Shown here piece after piece: positions 11,523-24,292 of a stretch of DNA of 64,000 nt (positions within the stretch are counted from its first letter, which is position 1; the number at the start of each line of letters is the position of its first letter). Made by a program: the position numbers and the translations under genes. Location: assembly GCA_030770535.1 (NCBI GenBank), contig JASVEC010000012.1, positions 248,001 to 312,000 on the forward strand, read 5' to 3'. The notes under the pieces are model-generated. The model ran no database searches. It was not told where the DNA came from and saw only the letters and a list, made by a program, of their open reading frames with translations. This stretch comes from Batkoa obscura. Lineage: Eukaryota.

Positions 11523-12701
11523 TGGTGTTAAGGTACATGATAACTTTTGTTCTCATTATTTAAGAAATTATTTTAAAGCTAGAGAAGTTCTGACAAAAAT
11601 ATTAGATAATCTAGAGTACAAGGATTATATTTTAAATATCACCGGGTATAGCTCAGGAGCGGCAGTGGGCACGATTTTGATACCAGATAAGATAAAGTCT
11701 ATGGAAGCTAAGTATAATAGTTGTCCGATCCAAGTGTTTGTTTGTGGTTCTCCAAGGCTTATAGTTTGTGGTTTTAAAAGTGTTTGCCAAGCTTTGGTAC
11801 TAAGATGTGAAGGTACAGTAGAACTAATGATATTATTTCTTATGTATCTAAAATGGGATTTGGGTATACGTACGTGTTACCAGAAACTTGTCATAAAAAG
11901 ATTAACAATATAATGGAGATTATTTTTTATAATTAAAGCTTTGACGATGATTCAAAATGTGGCATCAGCCAGTAACCAGATTTCCTTTTAGGTTTCATAT
12001 CTTTATATTTGATTAATTGGTCCCCATACCTCCTTATTATTAATTTCATTAAAATTCGGACTTTATGGTTGTGTATAAAAGTCTAGAATTATTCCCAGTC
12101 TAATAAATATAACCTACTATTAAATTCTATGATTATGATAGTTATTGGCTTTGGCTTAGTGCTGATTCAATCTTTAATCTATAGTACAATAAATATTATT
12201 TAGATCTAGTACCCTAAAATGCATATAAAATGATTCAAAACAAACATGGATGTTATAACTATTGGGGTATGATTCTACCTGAAACTTTAAAAGTTACTTT
12301 CACTTAAAATTGATTACTTTAGTATGAAGCTTTGATTTTCAATTTATGTAATCTTTCGAGAAGTTCAAACGTTGTAGTCCCTTGATGAATTCGGTTCCAT
12401 ATTTTTATATACTCATAATAATTAGCAACTTATATGATGTTTTTGTCTTTATATAGAAAATACAATAGCACCTTTTTTATTTTGGCATTTATCATATAGC
12501 TTCTTTAAAATATATAGTGTACAAAGAATGGACAACTAAATGAAACCAAACACATTCCGATGTTCTTGATAAATAACGATACTCTTGAATTGTGGCCCAT
12601 TTTTATCTGTTTATGGCCTAAGTCCACAAACTAATCATCAACATTGACTTATCCCAAATCCTAACAACCATTAGTATATCTTGTTTGTATGCTAAGGATC
12701 T

Positions 12702-12799
12702 GGGGATGTATTTTTGTATTTAAGAATTTACAAACAATTTTTCCACTCAAATAGCGTTTAAAAGATGGAAAAAGTGATGAAGTAAAAAAAAATACCTCC
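12702..12799 (+). mobile_element. MITE family A copy 2 (98 bp)
   Basis: GGGGATGTATTTTT...AAAAATACCTCC flanked by ATCT on both sides. Confidence 0.85.
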
Positions 12800-13863
12800 A
12801 TCTATTTCCTAAAATACGATTATAAAGTTTTGTCCATACCATGTAATACTAGACTAATAAACAAAGCACAATCTATTATAGTTCTTGATACCGTAGTATT
12901 AGATTTAAAAGTAAATCTAGTGATCAGAAGTGACAAGATTGTTATTAAAATTACCGCATTAGTAGAATTCTCCATCACGGAAAAATAGATACGAAGTAAA
13001 AGTTAAATTGACTTTGAAAGTTATACATATATTTAAATTAAAAGCTTGAATTTCCCATAAAGCTTTTAAAGTCTTATCATACTTTTTCTTAATGGAGTAT
13101 AATATATTAATTTTTAGTATAAATAACTATCACTTTATTTTCGATACATTCACTTAGTGACTACTATTAGGCAAATCCTTGCTAATACCTCGTTGTGGAA
13201 AGCCCCGTGTTTCTGTATGATGAGATGATTAATATATTAGCAGTTTGTGAAAAACTCGGGTTCCTCGACTGAAACGTAATGGTAATAAGTTATTCAAATG
13301 AAATTCAGTTGTATAGCCGGGTTCGTTAATTATTAGCCTATTTTAAGGCTTGCCGAAGTTGAGTACAATTAAATATCATTTTTATGGTGTAAGCAAAACA
13401 GGAATTTCAAGCGGAGGTCGGTTCAACTTAAAAAGCGATTAGGAAATACAAAAATTAACTATTTATTATTTATAAAGCTTGTTTTTATTCTAAAGTCAAA
13501 TATTAAATAAAGCTATTGGTTTAAAAAATAAAATAAAAACTGCTAGCCCGATACTGAATCTATAACCATAAACCTTAGAATAAAGTTCGCGGTTTAAAAA
13601 CAAGTTTTTGGACTTTGATTCAAATATAAAGAAAGGTAGATCAGAAATGGAAGTTTAAAGCTTGCTTGATTAAGAGTCTCAAAATAGTGTAAATAGCGAA
13701 TAAGTGACTGTTGATAGTATTTTATTAAATTGGAATTATGGGGAACTGCTGATAGAACGCACTTTCCAAATAAAGAAAGTGTCTAGTCATAACGATATTT
13801 ATAGGAAATATTGGAGTAAAGTTATATAAATAGGCTTCAAGATAGCCGAAACAAAAAAATAAA

Positions 13864-14361
13864 ATGGGTGATAAACATTGCATTCAAGCTTGTGATTACT
13901 GTAAGTTAAGGAGACGAAGGTGTATTAAGATGGGGTTGAAATGCCAACATTGTATAGATGAAGCAAAAGAATGCACTTATTTTAAAAAAAATAACAAACG
14001 GGGGAGAATAGGTAGCAGATTCAAAGCTAAAATCCATGAATTGGAAAACAGTCATTCCACTGATGGAGAAAATAGATTCATCAACTTTGATGTTAGTAAT
14101 ATCCATCTTTTATACGAGCAAGATGAAGAATTTAAAGATAAAAATATATCTAAAGAATTTACAACACCAATTATAGCTTCAAATGTAACATTACCAATAA
14201 ATGTTGTTCTTTACTCATCCCCTTTATCTGCGCCGCAAGTTGCTAGTAACGTTTTTCCTCTCTGTAATAATTTCTCATATTTTATGGATGGCTATTCTTT
14301 GGAATATTCTAATGTAAATTTTTGTGCTGTTCCTCCTTCTTATGGCTCATACTGGCCTTGA
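13864..14361 (+). CDS. Short intronless Zn(II)2Cys6 protein (165 aa)
   Basis: ACDYCKLRRRRC-X6-CQHC-X6-CTY, basic linker KRGR; paralogous to 31793-32593. Confidence 0.8.
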   Translation: MGDKHCIQACDYCKLRRRRCIKMGLKCQHCIDEAKECTYFKKNNKRGRIGSRFKAKIHELENSHSTDGENRFINFDVSNIHLLYEQDEEFKDKNISKEFTTPIIASNVTLPINVVLYSSPLSAPQVASNVFPLCNNFSYFMDGYSLEYSNVNFCAVPPSYGSYWP

Positions 14362-15335
14362 GTGCTATATAACTAATAAATAACTTATAACTTTACCATA
14401 TTTTTAATAATTGTCTCATTGAATTTTCCTTATATATAGTTTTAATTTATTATCATTATTAATGTATTCGTGGCTTTGATTTATTATTATACTCTTGATT
14501 CTAATCAACGTTTAAAGGTTATAGTTAATACTTATTATGCCTGGCGTCTAATTTGATAATAAATATTTGCTAACTTCGCGTTCAATACTATCCAAGCATG
14601 AAGTGTTAATTAATAGGATACTAACCAGGCAATTGGCTATAGTTTATTGGGTAAAAAGATAGCCTATTTGTATTATTTATTTATTTTATTAAGATTTATT
14701 GCAGTTTACTATTTAAGTCAATTATTCCCTTTGGGAATTAGCGATGATAATAAAACGAAATAAAGCTTAATGATTTCAAATTGTTAGCTTTAATGTCAAT
14801 ACACACAGCTCTCTGTGACGTTATGGTTTAGTTAGTGAAATCGACACTATCCTTATATACTTTGATGGTTTCTCTTCAAAGCGTACCATTGTTAGTATTA
14901 TAGTACCAATCTATAGATATTAACTATTTACATTACTAAAATTTAAAGCTTTATAACATTAAATTCATTTAATTAAACTTGATTAAAATAACAAAATAAT
15001 ACATTTCCATGAATGTAAGAGTCAATAGTTAAAATGAAAATATTGTTTCTAAAAGTAACTTTTAAAAGCTAAACTCTACCTTGGTTTAAAGGATAATAAT
15101 AATAAAAATTAAACTCTTTAGAACAAATGCTCGGATTTTCAAAAGTAATAACCTAAATTTGGAATTAAAGTGGCACCAATTTAAAGAGTAGTTATAATAA
15201 CATTTTATTTAAAAATAATACTCTTTTACATAATAATAGCTTGACTAACTTTTAGTGAATCAAGAGTTAAAATATAAATTAATAAATATTTTACTTAAAA
15301 TCAACTATTTAAGCTTTAAAATAACAATACTATAT

Positions 15336-15369
15336 GGGGATGTATTTTTCTGTTTAAGGATTTTACTAA
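15336..15369 (+). mobile_element. MITE family A, truncated left-end fragment
   Basis: ATAT then GGGGATGTATTTTTCTGTTTAAGGATTTTACTAA; similarity stops there. Confidence 0.7.
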
Positions 15370-16622
15370 GCATATATGTCTTTTTGGTTTCCTTTTCTAT
15401 CTATTTTTATACAACGAAAAAGCTAGATAACACTTTCATTCCAATGTATCTTCTGATGGCTTTGAATAACTTCTCTTGACATTTCCTTCCTTCTTACTCT
15501 CACCCTAACCTTTATCATAGTAACGAGATATTGGTAATTCGTTACACACATACAAATTATCTTCTAACAATCAAAGTGCTATTTCTGTTTCGGCAATAAA
15601 ACATTTTTAAAAAAGGTGCACTTTGCCTCGCACTTGGGCAGAGCTGTACAAACTAGATTGCTTAGAAATTAAGTATAACTTAAATCAAAAGCCGAATAAA
15701 CTAGAATTAGACGGTTTCTTACTTTTTAGATAGTTCCTCCTTATTACTCCCCTACTACTCCTCATCCATTAATCCATTAATCTAAACAGATTAAATTTCA
15801 AACAATTTTTATCTTTACCAATAAAACACTTGGAAGCTTCGCTCCTTTGAGGTTTTTAAAGAAGTTAATCTCAATTTACAACTGTTTAAGTTCAAATGTG
15901 TGCTAGCCAACCATTTATTTGATAATATGAATTTATTAAGCTTTGATCAGCATGACAATACAAATTAGTAGTTATAAAAATGACAGCTACACGTATTACA
16001 TTTGAATTTAAATAATAGGTATCTTAATAAATATTGTAATAAACATGCTCTCAAGCTTATAATAAAAAAAAAGGGTACATTATTAGTAAAAATTCAAAAT
16101 AAGACAAATATTAAAATATTAAGTTACATTACAGCATTAACAATTTAAGTACTTTGTATCAACCTTAAATATAATGATATACCGTAAAGATCATAGTCTA
16201 ATCTTTATACTTTTTAACCTTAAGTTTATCAGTTTTAAATATTTTATCATATAAATTTAATTTTATGCCAACATTGTATAGCATGGTAATATAATTTTTC
16301 ACTTAAATGATTTATTTAACTTTTAAAGAACTAACAAGCCATTAAATAGCTTATTCCTAAAAAAAGAGGTATTTATTAAAGAAAAGATAAAAGATGAAGG
16401 GAAAGGTAGAGTTGTAGTGTAGTAGAATGTTAATATTTAAATAATAATAATTTTTTCTCACATGAAAATATATCAAAAAAAAAGTTAAATTGAAACCAAG
16501 TTTTAGACACTAACCAATAAAACCCGAGTATTTAAGTTGGTAAAGTTATATTAAAGTTGATTGACTTTATTTAGACAAGCATAACAGTGTTTGAAACATG
16601 CTAATTAAATATACAAGTTTTA

Positions 16623-16724
16623 ATTGGATAAAGAAAACTGACTTTGACGACTATACCAATCACAGGACAACTCTTCTGAATTGCGAGGTTTTATTGGCTA
16701 ATCCTTCAAAGCGACTCTGCCAAT
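16623..16724. promoter_or_regulatory. Cluster of four CCAAT boxes upstream of the LisH gene
   Basis: ATTGG 16623, CCAAT 16656, ATTGG 16693, CCAAT 16720; function inferred only. Confidence 0.35.
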
Positions 16725-17043
16725 CACTTTTAAACAATTATTTTTGGGAAGAAATTATGACTTTTTAACATATAATCACATTTAATTTGTGGATTTTAAG
16801 GAGTTTTTTGGCATTAAATGTTATTTTATTAGTAGATTAAAATCAGATTATTAAAATTCAATATAATTAATTTGCCCATTTTTTCAAATCTTTCCTTATT
16901 TTAAAGCTGCAAAATTAGGGGGTGCTTAGCTATAAAAGATTTTATTTTATTTTTTTATTCAAAGTTTAATTTCAATCTAGTAATTTACTGTTTATTAGCA
17001 TTTTTGTCTTTAAGCGCCACTTTAATAAACACTTGGTTCGAAG

Positions 17044-18894
17044 ATGAAAACTTACACAAATCCTATTCCGCTTATTGAGGACCCAGACAAGGCACTTGCC
17101 ACCTTTATATATGATTATCTCATCAAAAAAAACCATGTGAGTGCCGCAGCTGCTTTTATTGTCGAAGCACAGATTGCTGCTAAAGAAGTTGCTGAGGGCG
17201 GTGTTATCTTTTTACAAGATTGGTTCGAGCCTTTTTGGGTTATGTATCTTGATAGTCGTACCCAGACTGATAATAAAGACGTAAGAGTGAGGAAACTGGT
17301 TGATGATATTTTATCAAACGAGCCTTCAATTGAAAAACTTAAAGCCAATAAGGTCAAAGATGAATTTCCTAACGGCGGAAATGACCTTACTCACCAACAA
17401 GCTCCTTCCAAGCAGCAAAATGGTAGACCTGATCAACAAATTGTCAAGGATGAACAAGGCTATACAATTCCTCAAAACCCTCCTCCAGGTGCCACACCAA
17501 AAAATGGTAATGCTAATAAGACACCAAGAAATCCTCAAGGATCAGCTACCCCATCAACTCAAAACAATGTTGGGACTCCAGCTCGTCCTCAAACTATCTC
17601 AATCCCACCTAATAATTTTCCAATTCAAGCTTGGCCAGGTAATGGCCCTAATGGACCAGGAGCGAGTCAAAATGGTCCACCTCACCCTAATCAAAATCCA
17701 ATGGGAACTCCCGGACAAAACATGCCAAATAACCTACAAGTAATGCAAGGCACTCCACAAGTAATGCAACCCAATCAAGGTAATCCACAAATGATGCAAC
17801 CAAACCAAGGTAATCCACAAATGATGCAACCAAACCAAGTTAACCCAGCCTTATTGGCAAACATGTCCCGTCCCAATACTATGATGGCGAATAATCCTGC
17901 TTTGATGCGTAATCTTCAAGGACAGATGCATGCTTTTCAACAGCAACAATTTGTAGCCCAACAAAACTTTCAACGTCAAATTGGAATCAACAGCAACGGA
18001 CAGCTTATGGTTAATCCAAGGATGATGCGCCCTTATGCTCAAGGTAATCAAAACATGCAAACTCGTAACAATATGCAAATTCAGCAAGCTGCTTTTGTAG
18101 AGCATCATAAACAGGCTCAAGCAATGAAAGCCCAAAATTCTCAAAATACTCCTGGGCAAGGGCCCAATTCTGCTTCAGCCCCAATAGACCCCAATCAAAT
18201 GTCTAGTCTCCAGCAAATGCAACAAATGAACGCTTTAATGCAACAAAACATGATGCATCAGGCAATGCAACAGCAGGGTATGAGTCAACAACAGGTCATG
18301 CAGCATCAGCAGATGAATCAGGCAATGCAGCAACATATGGGGCCAAATGGAATGCAAAACCCTATGCAACAAGGTAATATGACTTTCAATCCAAATCAAA
18401 GCCAAGCCCCAAATCAAGGCTCAAACCAAGCCTCAAATCAAACCCAGGCTAAAATTAGCGCCACTCCTCAAGTTCAAATGCAATCACAATCAGGGGATAC
18501 TAACAAGATTGTGGATTTGGATAGCAATAGCATTAACTTTGAAAGTATGTTTATGGAGCTTAATACAAACACTCCAAATGGTGGTAACCAAGGTAATACT
18601 ACTAGTATTCATGCAACCCCACAACAAATCCAACCACGTACTAGTGATAAAAAAGCTTCACCACCAACTAGCAATGGATCTAAAGTCGACAAAGTATCAT
18701 TTGAGTCGTATATTAATGATGGGGACTATACTTTTAATTTTGATAATGCTCTTTCAGGTCTTGAGGCCCACACTAGTCCTCCAAAAACATCTGGGATCTC
18801 AGCGGCCTCTGGTCTTAATGAAGATGATCTCACTGGTTCCCTTGAATCTATTATGGGAATGGACCCATTTGGACATTCTGAGTATTTTTCATAA
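17044..18894 (+). CDS. LisH/LUFS-domain Q/N-rich transcriptional regulator (Flo8/Som1/SSDP-like), 616 aa
   Basis: N-terminal LATFIYDYLIKKN...AAAAF..EA and FLQDWF..FW.MY; long Q/N/P/M low-complexity region with a QPNQGNPQMM tandem repeat; acidic C-terminus. Confidence 0.8.
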   Translation: MKTYTNPIPLIEDPDKALATFIYDYLIKKNHVSAAAAFIVEAQIAAKEVAEGGVIFLQDWFEPFWVMYLDSRTQTDNKDVRVRKLVDDILSNEPSIEKLKANKVKDEFPNGGNDLTHQQAPSKQQNGRPDQQIVKDEQGYTIPQNPPPGATPKNGNANKTPRNPQGSATPSTQNNVGTPARPQTISIPPNNFPIQAWPGNGPNGPGASQNGPPHPNQNPMGTPGQNMPNNLQVMQGTPQVMQPNQGNPQMMQPNQGNPQMMQPNQVNPALLANMSRPNTMMANNPALMRNLQGQMHAFQQQQFVAQQNFQRQIGINSNGQLMVNPRMMRPYAQGNQNMQTRNNMQIQQAAFVEHHKQAQAMKAQNSQNTPGQGPNSASAPIDPNQMSSLQQMQQMNALMQQNMMHQAMQQQGMSQQQVMQHQQMNQAMQQHMGPNGMQNPMQQGNMTFNPNQSQAPNQGSNQASNQTQAKISATPQVQMQSQSGDTNKIVDLDSNSINFESMFMELNTNTPNGGNQGNTTSIHATPQQIQPRTSDKKASPPTSNGSKVDKVSFESYINDGDYTFNFDNALSGLEAHTSPPKTSGISAASGLNEDDLTGSLESIMGMDPFGHSEYFS

Positions 18895-20260
18895 ATCATA
18901 AAAATAATCCAATGTAATATTCAACTATCAATTTGATCTATATATGTCTATTTGGCTTCAACATCCCCAGCTATAAAATTTATGGCTCTATTCATTTAAT
19001 CTTATATATTTAAGGTCATTCTTAGTTTATTGAACTTTTAATTTAATTTCTTAATTTTTATTAAAGGCTCAAGCTTTAATAAATTTGTTAGTTTTTATTT
19101 TTGATTTCACTATATTATTAAAAGACTCATTTTATTTATGGTAAATTTTTACTTGTGCTTTATTAAAAGAGTGGTAAATTTAACTAACAATAATTTTGTG
19201 GCTCTAAAATAGAACTTACTTTTACAAAATTTGATTTTATTGGAGGGATAAAAAGCAAGCTTGCGTAATCAAATATTAATTAAAGTGAAATAAATTATAA
19301 CTAAACCAGCTTAAATTAGTTGAATAGCCTCTAATAAGTACATTTAAGTATTTACCAAATTTATATATAGTGTTTTAAATAAATGTTATAAATAATCGAT
19401 CGTACATTAAATAAGTAATATTTTATTCAATTTAAAGATTTAAGAATTAAAATCATTTTAATATAGCAGTAATGAAACTAAATAAGTTTAAAGGATGCTT
19501 TATATGCTTGTTCTAACAAAATTGATCTTGGTAAAAAAGTATTCTCATTCAAAATATTCCTTTTAATCCATGAACTAATTTCAAAGTAAGATTTAAGTTG
19601 AGTTGTTGATTTAGATTTTAATTTAATGATATAAAAGGTTAGTTTTATCAAAAAACATTTTGATAAGATGCCAAATGAATGAATGAATTAATATTTACAA
19701 TTTTAAATTTATTTTCGATGTTATCTTCATTTCTAACCCTTTGGGTAGCAAGTTTTCAAAAAAACTCTGACCCAATCAAACAGAGTTTTTTAATTAATCT
19801 TTTTATTATTGAAGCAGACTTTTTGCCCAACTAAGGCCAAGTTAAGTGGTGAGTCTAGCTTGTCATGGTTTTATTTTGATCTGAAAATTTTATGCAAGCT
19901 TAATTCGTTTTTGGTCTCAAAGGCTTAAGTTGTTATTTCTGAATGTACTTTTCAAATCTCGGAAGAGCCAATCAGATTCCATATTAATTTACTCTGGTGT
20001 AAGAACAATATAAATCAAGGAAAATAAAATAAGGTAAGGTGATGGAAGAAAAAATAAACTATCTTTTTTAGACTAGATGTAATCTTTTTTAAAGTTAATT
20101 TTTAGGGAACAATTCACTATTGAGATAATTAAAGTTAAATTATAGTTGGATATACGAATTAAATAAATATTTAAAAATGTCAAAAATTAAATGATTTCAT
20201 TCGACTTTTATTTATAATTTACCATTTAAGATAATTTCCAGAGTAACTTATAGGTTTCAA

Positions 20261-23200
20261 TTATAATAGCTCTTTTAATTTCTTCAAAAATAGAAGCGCT
20301 AAAATGTATAAACGTAAAATTTAATTCATGATAATAATAAATACCTTCAATAGGCGAAAGCGCGTTTAGATCTATTTTTGAAAGCTAATAAAAATAAGTA
20401 AATAAATGCTATTACATAAAATTAAAATATATTACTTCTTTAGATACTAAATTATTAGGTGGCAACTATTAAAAATGTTAGCATTGATTTAATAATATAC
20501 AAAAATTTACCTTTTGATTACTAGCAAGCAAGCTTTGATTTAATTTCTCCAAGTAACTATTTGCTTCAATTAAAGCACTTTCTGGAATACCTGCTAAACG
20601 AGCAGTTTTCAAAGCAGCTGAGTCAGAAGCAGCCCCTGGTTTCAGTTTATGTAAAAAGGTAAAAGAATTGTTCTAATAAGTTAAGTTTAATTAAAAAATC
20701 AATATTAAAATTTATACCTCCAATTCAATTACTTCACTGTGAAAATTGACACATTTATTTAACCCCAACTCTTGGAAATTGTTGGCTAAATTCTGAAAAT
20801 GGGTTGCAAATAGAGTTCGGCATTGAATTTGATTTTGCAATTCTAACAATATACCATATGCAATGGCTTCCCCTTCCAAGGGTGAAGTGCCTCTACCTAT
20901 TTCATCAATAATTACTAGCGACTTTCTACTTGTTTTCTTTAATATATCCCCTGCCTCTTGCATTTCAACCATAAAGGTAGATTGTTCATTGGTTAAATTA
21001 TCGCCTGTGCCTATCTAATTAATTAAAAAATCATGTAACAACAAATAAGTGCAATGATAGTACTCTTGAATAAATAGCATCTGTGACACCAATTACCGCA
21101 TTTTCAGCTGGTATAAAAAATCCACATTGTGCCAATATAACGTTAATAGCTACCATTCTCAAAAAAGTACTTTTACCACCCATGTTGGGCCCAGTCAAAA
21201 CTAATATTTGATTACTGTCCAAAAGGATATCGTTATTAGTAAACAATTTGCTTTTTTTCAATAAACTTTGTTCTACTGTTAAATGTCGACAATTCATCAT
21301 TTTTACTTGCTCATCATGGACTAATTTTGGCCTATTTAGTTGATATTCATCACTTAACATGGCCATTGTGCTGCTTAAATCAATTTCGGATATAGTTTTA
21401 CTCATTTCGATAATTGACTCTTTACTTTTTAATATCTAAAATATCATATCAGTATTTGTTTTAATATCTTTAAACTAAATTACTTTTTGAATCAAATCAT
21501 TTAGTACAACCTTTTCACGATTCATAATATCTAAATTTATAGCTTCAATCTCAGTTGCTAATTTGGACCAATCCTATAACACATTATTATTGTTCTTGTT
21601 TATCTAAAATTTAAACTACCTCAACATAATATCGGTATTTTCCTTTCAAGGACTGAAATAGAGTTGGTGGTGATTTTAATTCACTTTTGTTATCTTCAAA
21701 TTTATTGTGGTCTCTAGAACTAATCTCAATGATGTGTGCCAAATTGCCAAATGTAACTAATTTTAATGATTTACAATCTATCATATAATAAGCATCAAGT
21801 TGTTTTATATATTATATTAAATGTACTTAATAATTCTCTTAAATTTAATTCCAAGTCCTCTTTCTGAGTAATTAGCTTTTCATATTGTTGCCGAAAATTT
21901 AACAGCTGCTTATCAGATCTAAAGAAGAAATTAAACGCTATTTTATTAAAGCGATTGACTTACTTATAATTAATTTTAACCTCCATGTTATTTATTTCTA
22001 ATGTATTTTTAGTAATATCTAACAATTCGCTTTTGAAATTTAACTTCTTTGTTAATCCTTTTATCATACTTTGATTTTTATATTCTCCTAATAATTGATT
22101 TAATTCTTCAGCTACTTGAAGCATATTGTAAATATCCAAAAGTTCCGAAAAAGAACCTAGATTTAAAGATAATTTTTGAATAGCATATTGGGCATCCTTA
22201 GTCTTTTTTAAACTTTGTCTTATTTTATTAATTATGGTTTTATTGAATATAAATACTTCTATTAGATTTAATCTAGTTTCAATCAAATTAATATCAGTTG
22301 ACGGGTTCGATAGATAATGGTAAAGCAAACGAGATCCCCCTTTGGTGACTGTTTTATTGAGTAAATTATACACGCTATTTTTTCCACCAAATAGCTCTAA
22401 ACTATCAATTGTACTTTTGTCCATTTTAACGGTTTGTTCGTCTTTTTTATTAACGTTTAATTCAAATTTGATTTCTTTATTCCCCATTACTTTATCGAAA
22501 TAATTGATAATACCATTAGCTGCTTTTTGTTCCAACTTTGTATACAACTTTATTTCTTTCTGTATCTTTCGAATGCCTTTTATTTTCCTGTTTAAGAATA
22601 ATTCCTTACTTTCAAAACTTAGTTTATATCCTTTTAATAGCTTGATTAACTCCGTTTCTTCTTCCAGTAATATAATTTCTTTAGGCTTAATAACAGCTAA
22701 ATCATTTAATAAATTTTCGATTTTACTACTTGAAATAAAAAACTCTCCAGTTGTAACATCTAACCATGACATACTGATATCATTTCCTTTCCTATATAAA
22801 CTTAATAAGTAATTGCATTTGGAGGTGTCTAGGAATGGAAGGTCGATTAACGTTCCTTTTGTATAAATCCTATCCACTTTTCTATAAAATTGCTTTGTAA
22901 TTTCATCTTGGTATTGTTCTAATATGGCAACATCTAACTCATGGGAAATAAGCTTTTCTAACTGTCTTTCTAAACTTTTTGCTGGAAACCCAGTAAATGA
23001 AAATACATGTTCTTTTACTTTTTTCTTTACTACAGCCAATCCTAAAAGTTCACCAATTTGTTCAGCTTGATCATAGTACATCTAATAAAATTCAATAAAT
23101 TACAGCAATAATAATATGATGTTACCTCATAGAAATCTCCAACTCTTATTAAAGCCACTTGGTTTTTATTATCAAGTTGGTATTTTTTCACTGTCTGTAA

Positions 23201-23389
23201 TAATTTACTAGAAGGTAAGTCTAAATCTACTGGATCCTGTTCGCCATTTATTTTCCCAACATCTTGAAGAAGCAAATTCCCCAACTCCTTATCCTTTGTA
23301 ACTAAATTTACTTTTCTTTTGCTAACTAGAAAGCATCGGGAAATTCTTATTACTTGTAAATTTCTATGAATAAAATAATTTAAAAACAT
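20261..23389 (-). CDS. MSH1: Mitochondrial MutS homologue, multi-exon
   Basis: Presequence-like N-terminus, LIRVGDFYE|MYYDQA (MutS domain I), GFP..SLER.L..L, TGPNMGGKSTFLR Walker A, STFMVEM, IIDEIGRGTS, LFATHF. Confidence 0.88.
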
Positions 23390-23795
23390 TTTTATAAATA
23401 ATTTTGATCACTATTTTTTTGCATTTATCTATAAAAATGGAATTCGTGTAATTAAAAAATTAAATAATCATATATATATAAAATGTTAAGAATAATGAAT
23501 TTAAGTTGAAACTTTATTGTTTGGTTAAAAAATAAACTAAAGCAAATATAAGATAATATCTGTCGAAATTTACATCCAGATATGTTTTCTGAAAACGTTA
23601 ACAGTTTTAATATGAAATATGTGAAACCTTAAAAATTCAGTTGGTCTTACTAAAACTTTAGCTCGCTTCTGGATTTATTTTCACTGATAATATTTAAAGT
23701 AATTATATAACCCATTTAATAACCGAAATTTATAAATAAAACTAAACCGTAAATAAAAAAACTTAATTCATTTTTATAAAAACTATATTTTAGAT

Positions 23796-24292
23796 TTAAG
23801 CTTGTTTGGTGGTTGGCTTAACTCTTTTGTTGTTAGAACGGTAAAGAGCGAAAGCACGGAGTTGAGCATTCTAATGATATTAGTTTTTAGGAAATTACAA
23901 AAATTTAAAATCTTACCTTGTATTGGTCATCACGGTGAGCATTTCTGGTAACTAAACCGACAATTTTCTTTTGTCCTTGTTTGAAATGGTTAGCACGTAC
24001 ATTAACTTTAACTAAATGTTTGCTTGGTTTATTGAAGTTTTTAGCTCCAGTGGTATAATGGGCTGTAACTCCTTTAGGTCCAGCAACTAAACCGATAGCC
24101 TATAAAATTATGTTAACATTTTTCTCTATGCTTTAATATTTTATTTACATTGGTTTGGATGAAACCAGTTTGGGTACGGTTATGTAAGTTAGTTAAGTTT
24201 AATGGATCACGGGAGAAAGTGACACCAGATCTTTTAACTAAGTAAGTGTTGTTACGTTTGGTAACTTCCCAAAGGAGATCAGTAGAGACCAT
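23796..24292 (-). CDS. RPL28: 60S ribosomal protein eL28, with a 5'UTR intron (24418-24293) ending immediately before the ATG
   Basis: Spliced MVSTDLLWEVTKRNNTYLVKRSGVTFSRDPLNLTNLHNRTQTGF...AIGL...; two short coding introns; this is eL28, not yeast Rpl28/uL15. Confidence 0.88.

Larger units (their letters stand above)
11230..12010 (+). pseudogene. Class-3 (fungal triacylglycerol) lipase pseudogene; boundaries approximate
   Basis: From ~11527 reads VKVHDNF..Y...YKDYILNITGYSSGAAVG (decayed GHSLG) ...VFVCGSPR; after a frameshift RYSRTNDII.YV..MGFGY.YVLPE. Upstream stops and an insertion at 11386-11522. Confidence 0.7.

Noticed and set aside
13217..13272. ATGATGA...CTGA as a C/D box snoRNA
   Set aside because: Short span, weak terminal stem and no recognisable rRNA-complementary guide; both boxes occur readily by chance.
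17115..18901. Several overlapping or antisense ORFs inside the LisH gene
   Set aside because: Shadow frames of a low-complexity, higher-GC coding sequence with no motifs.
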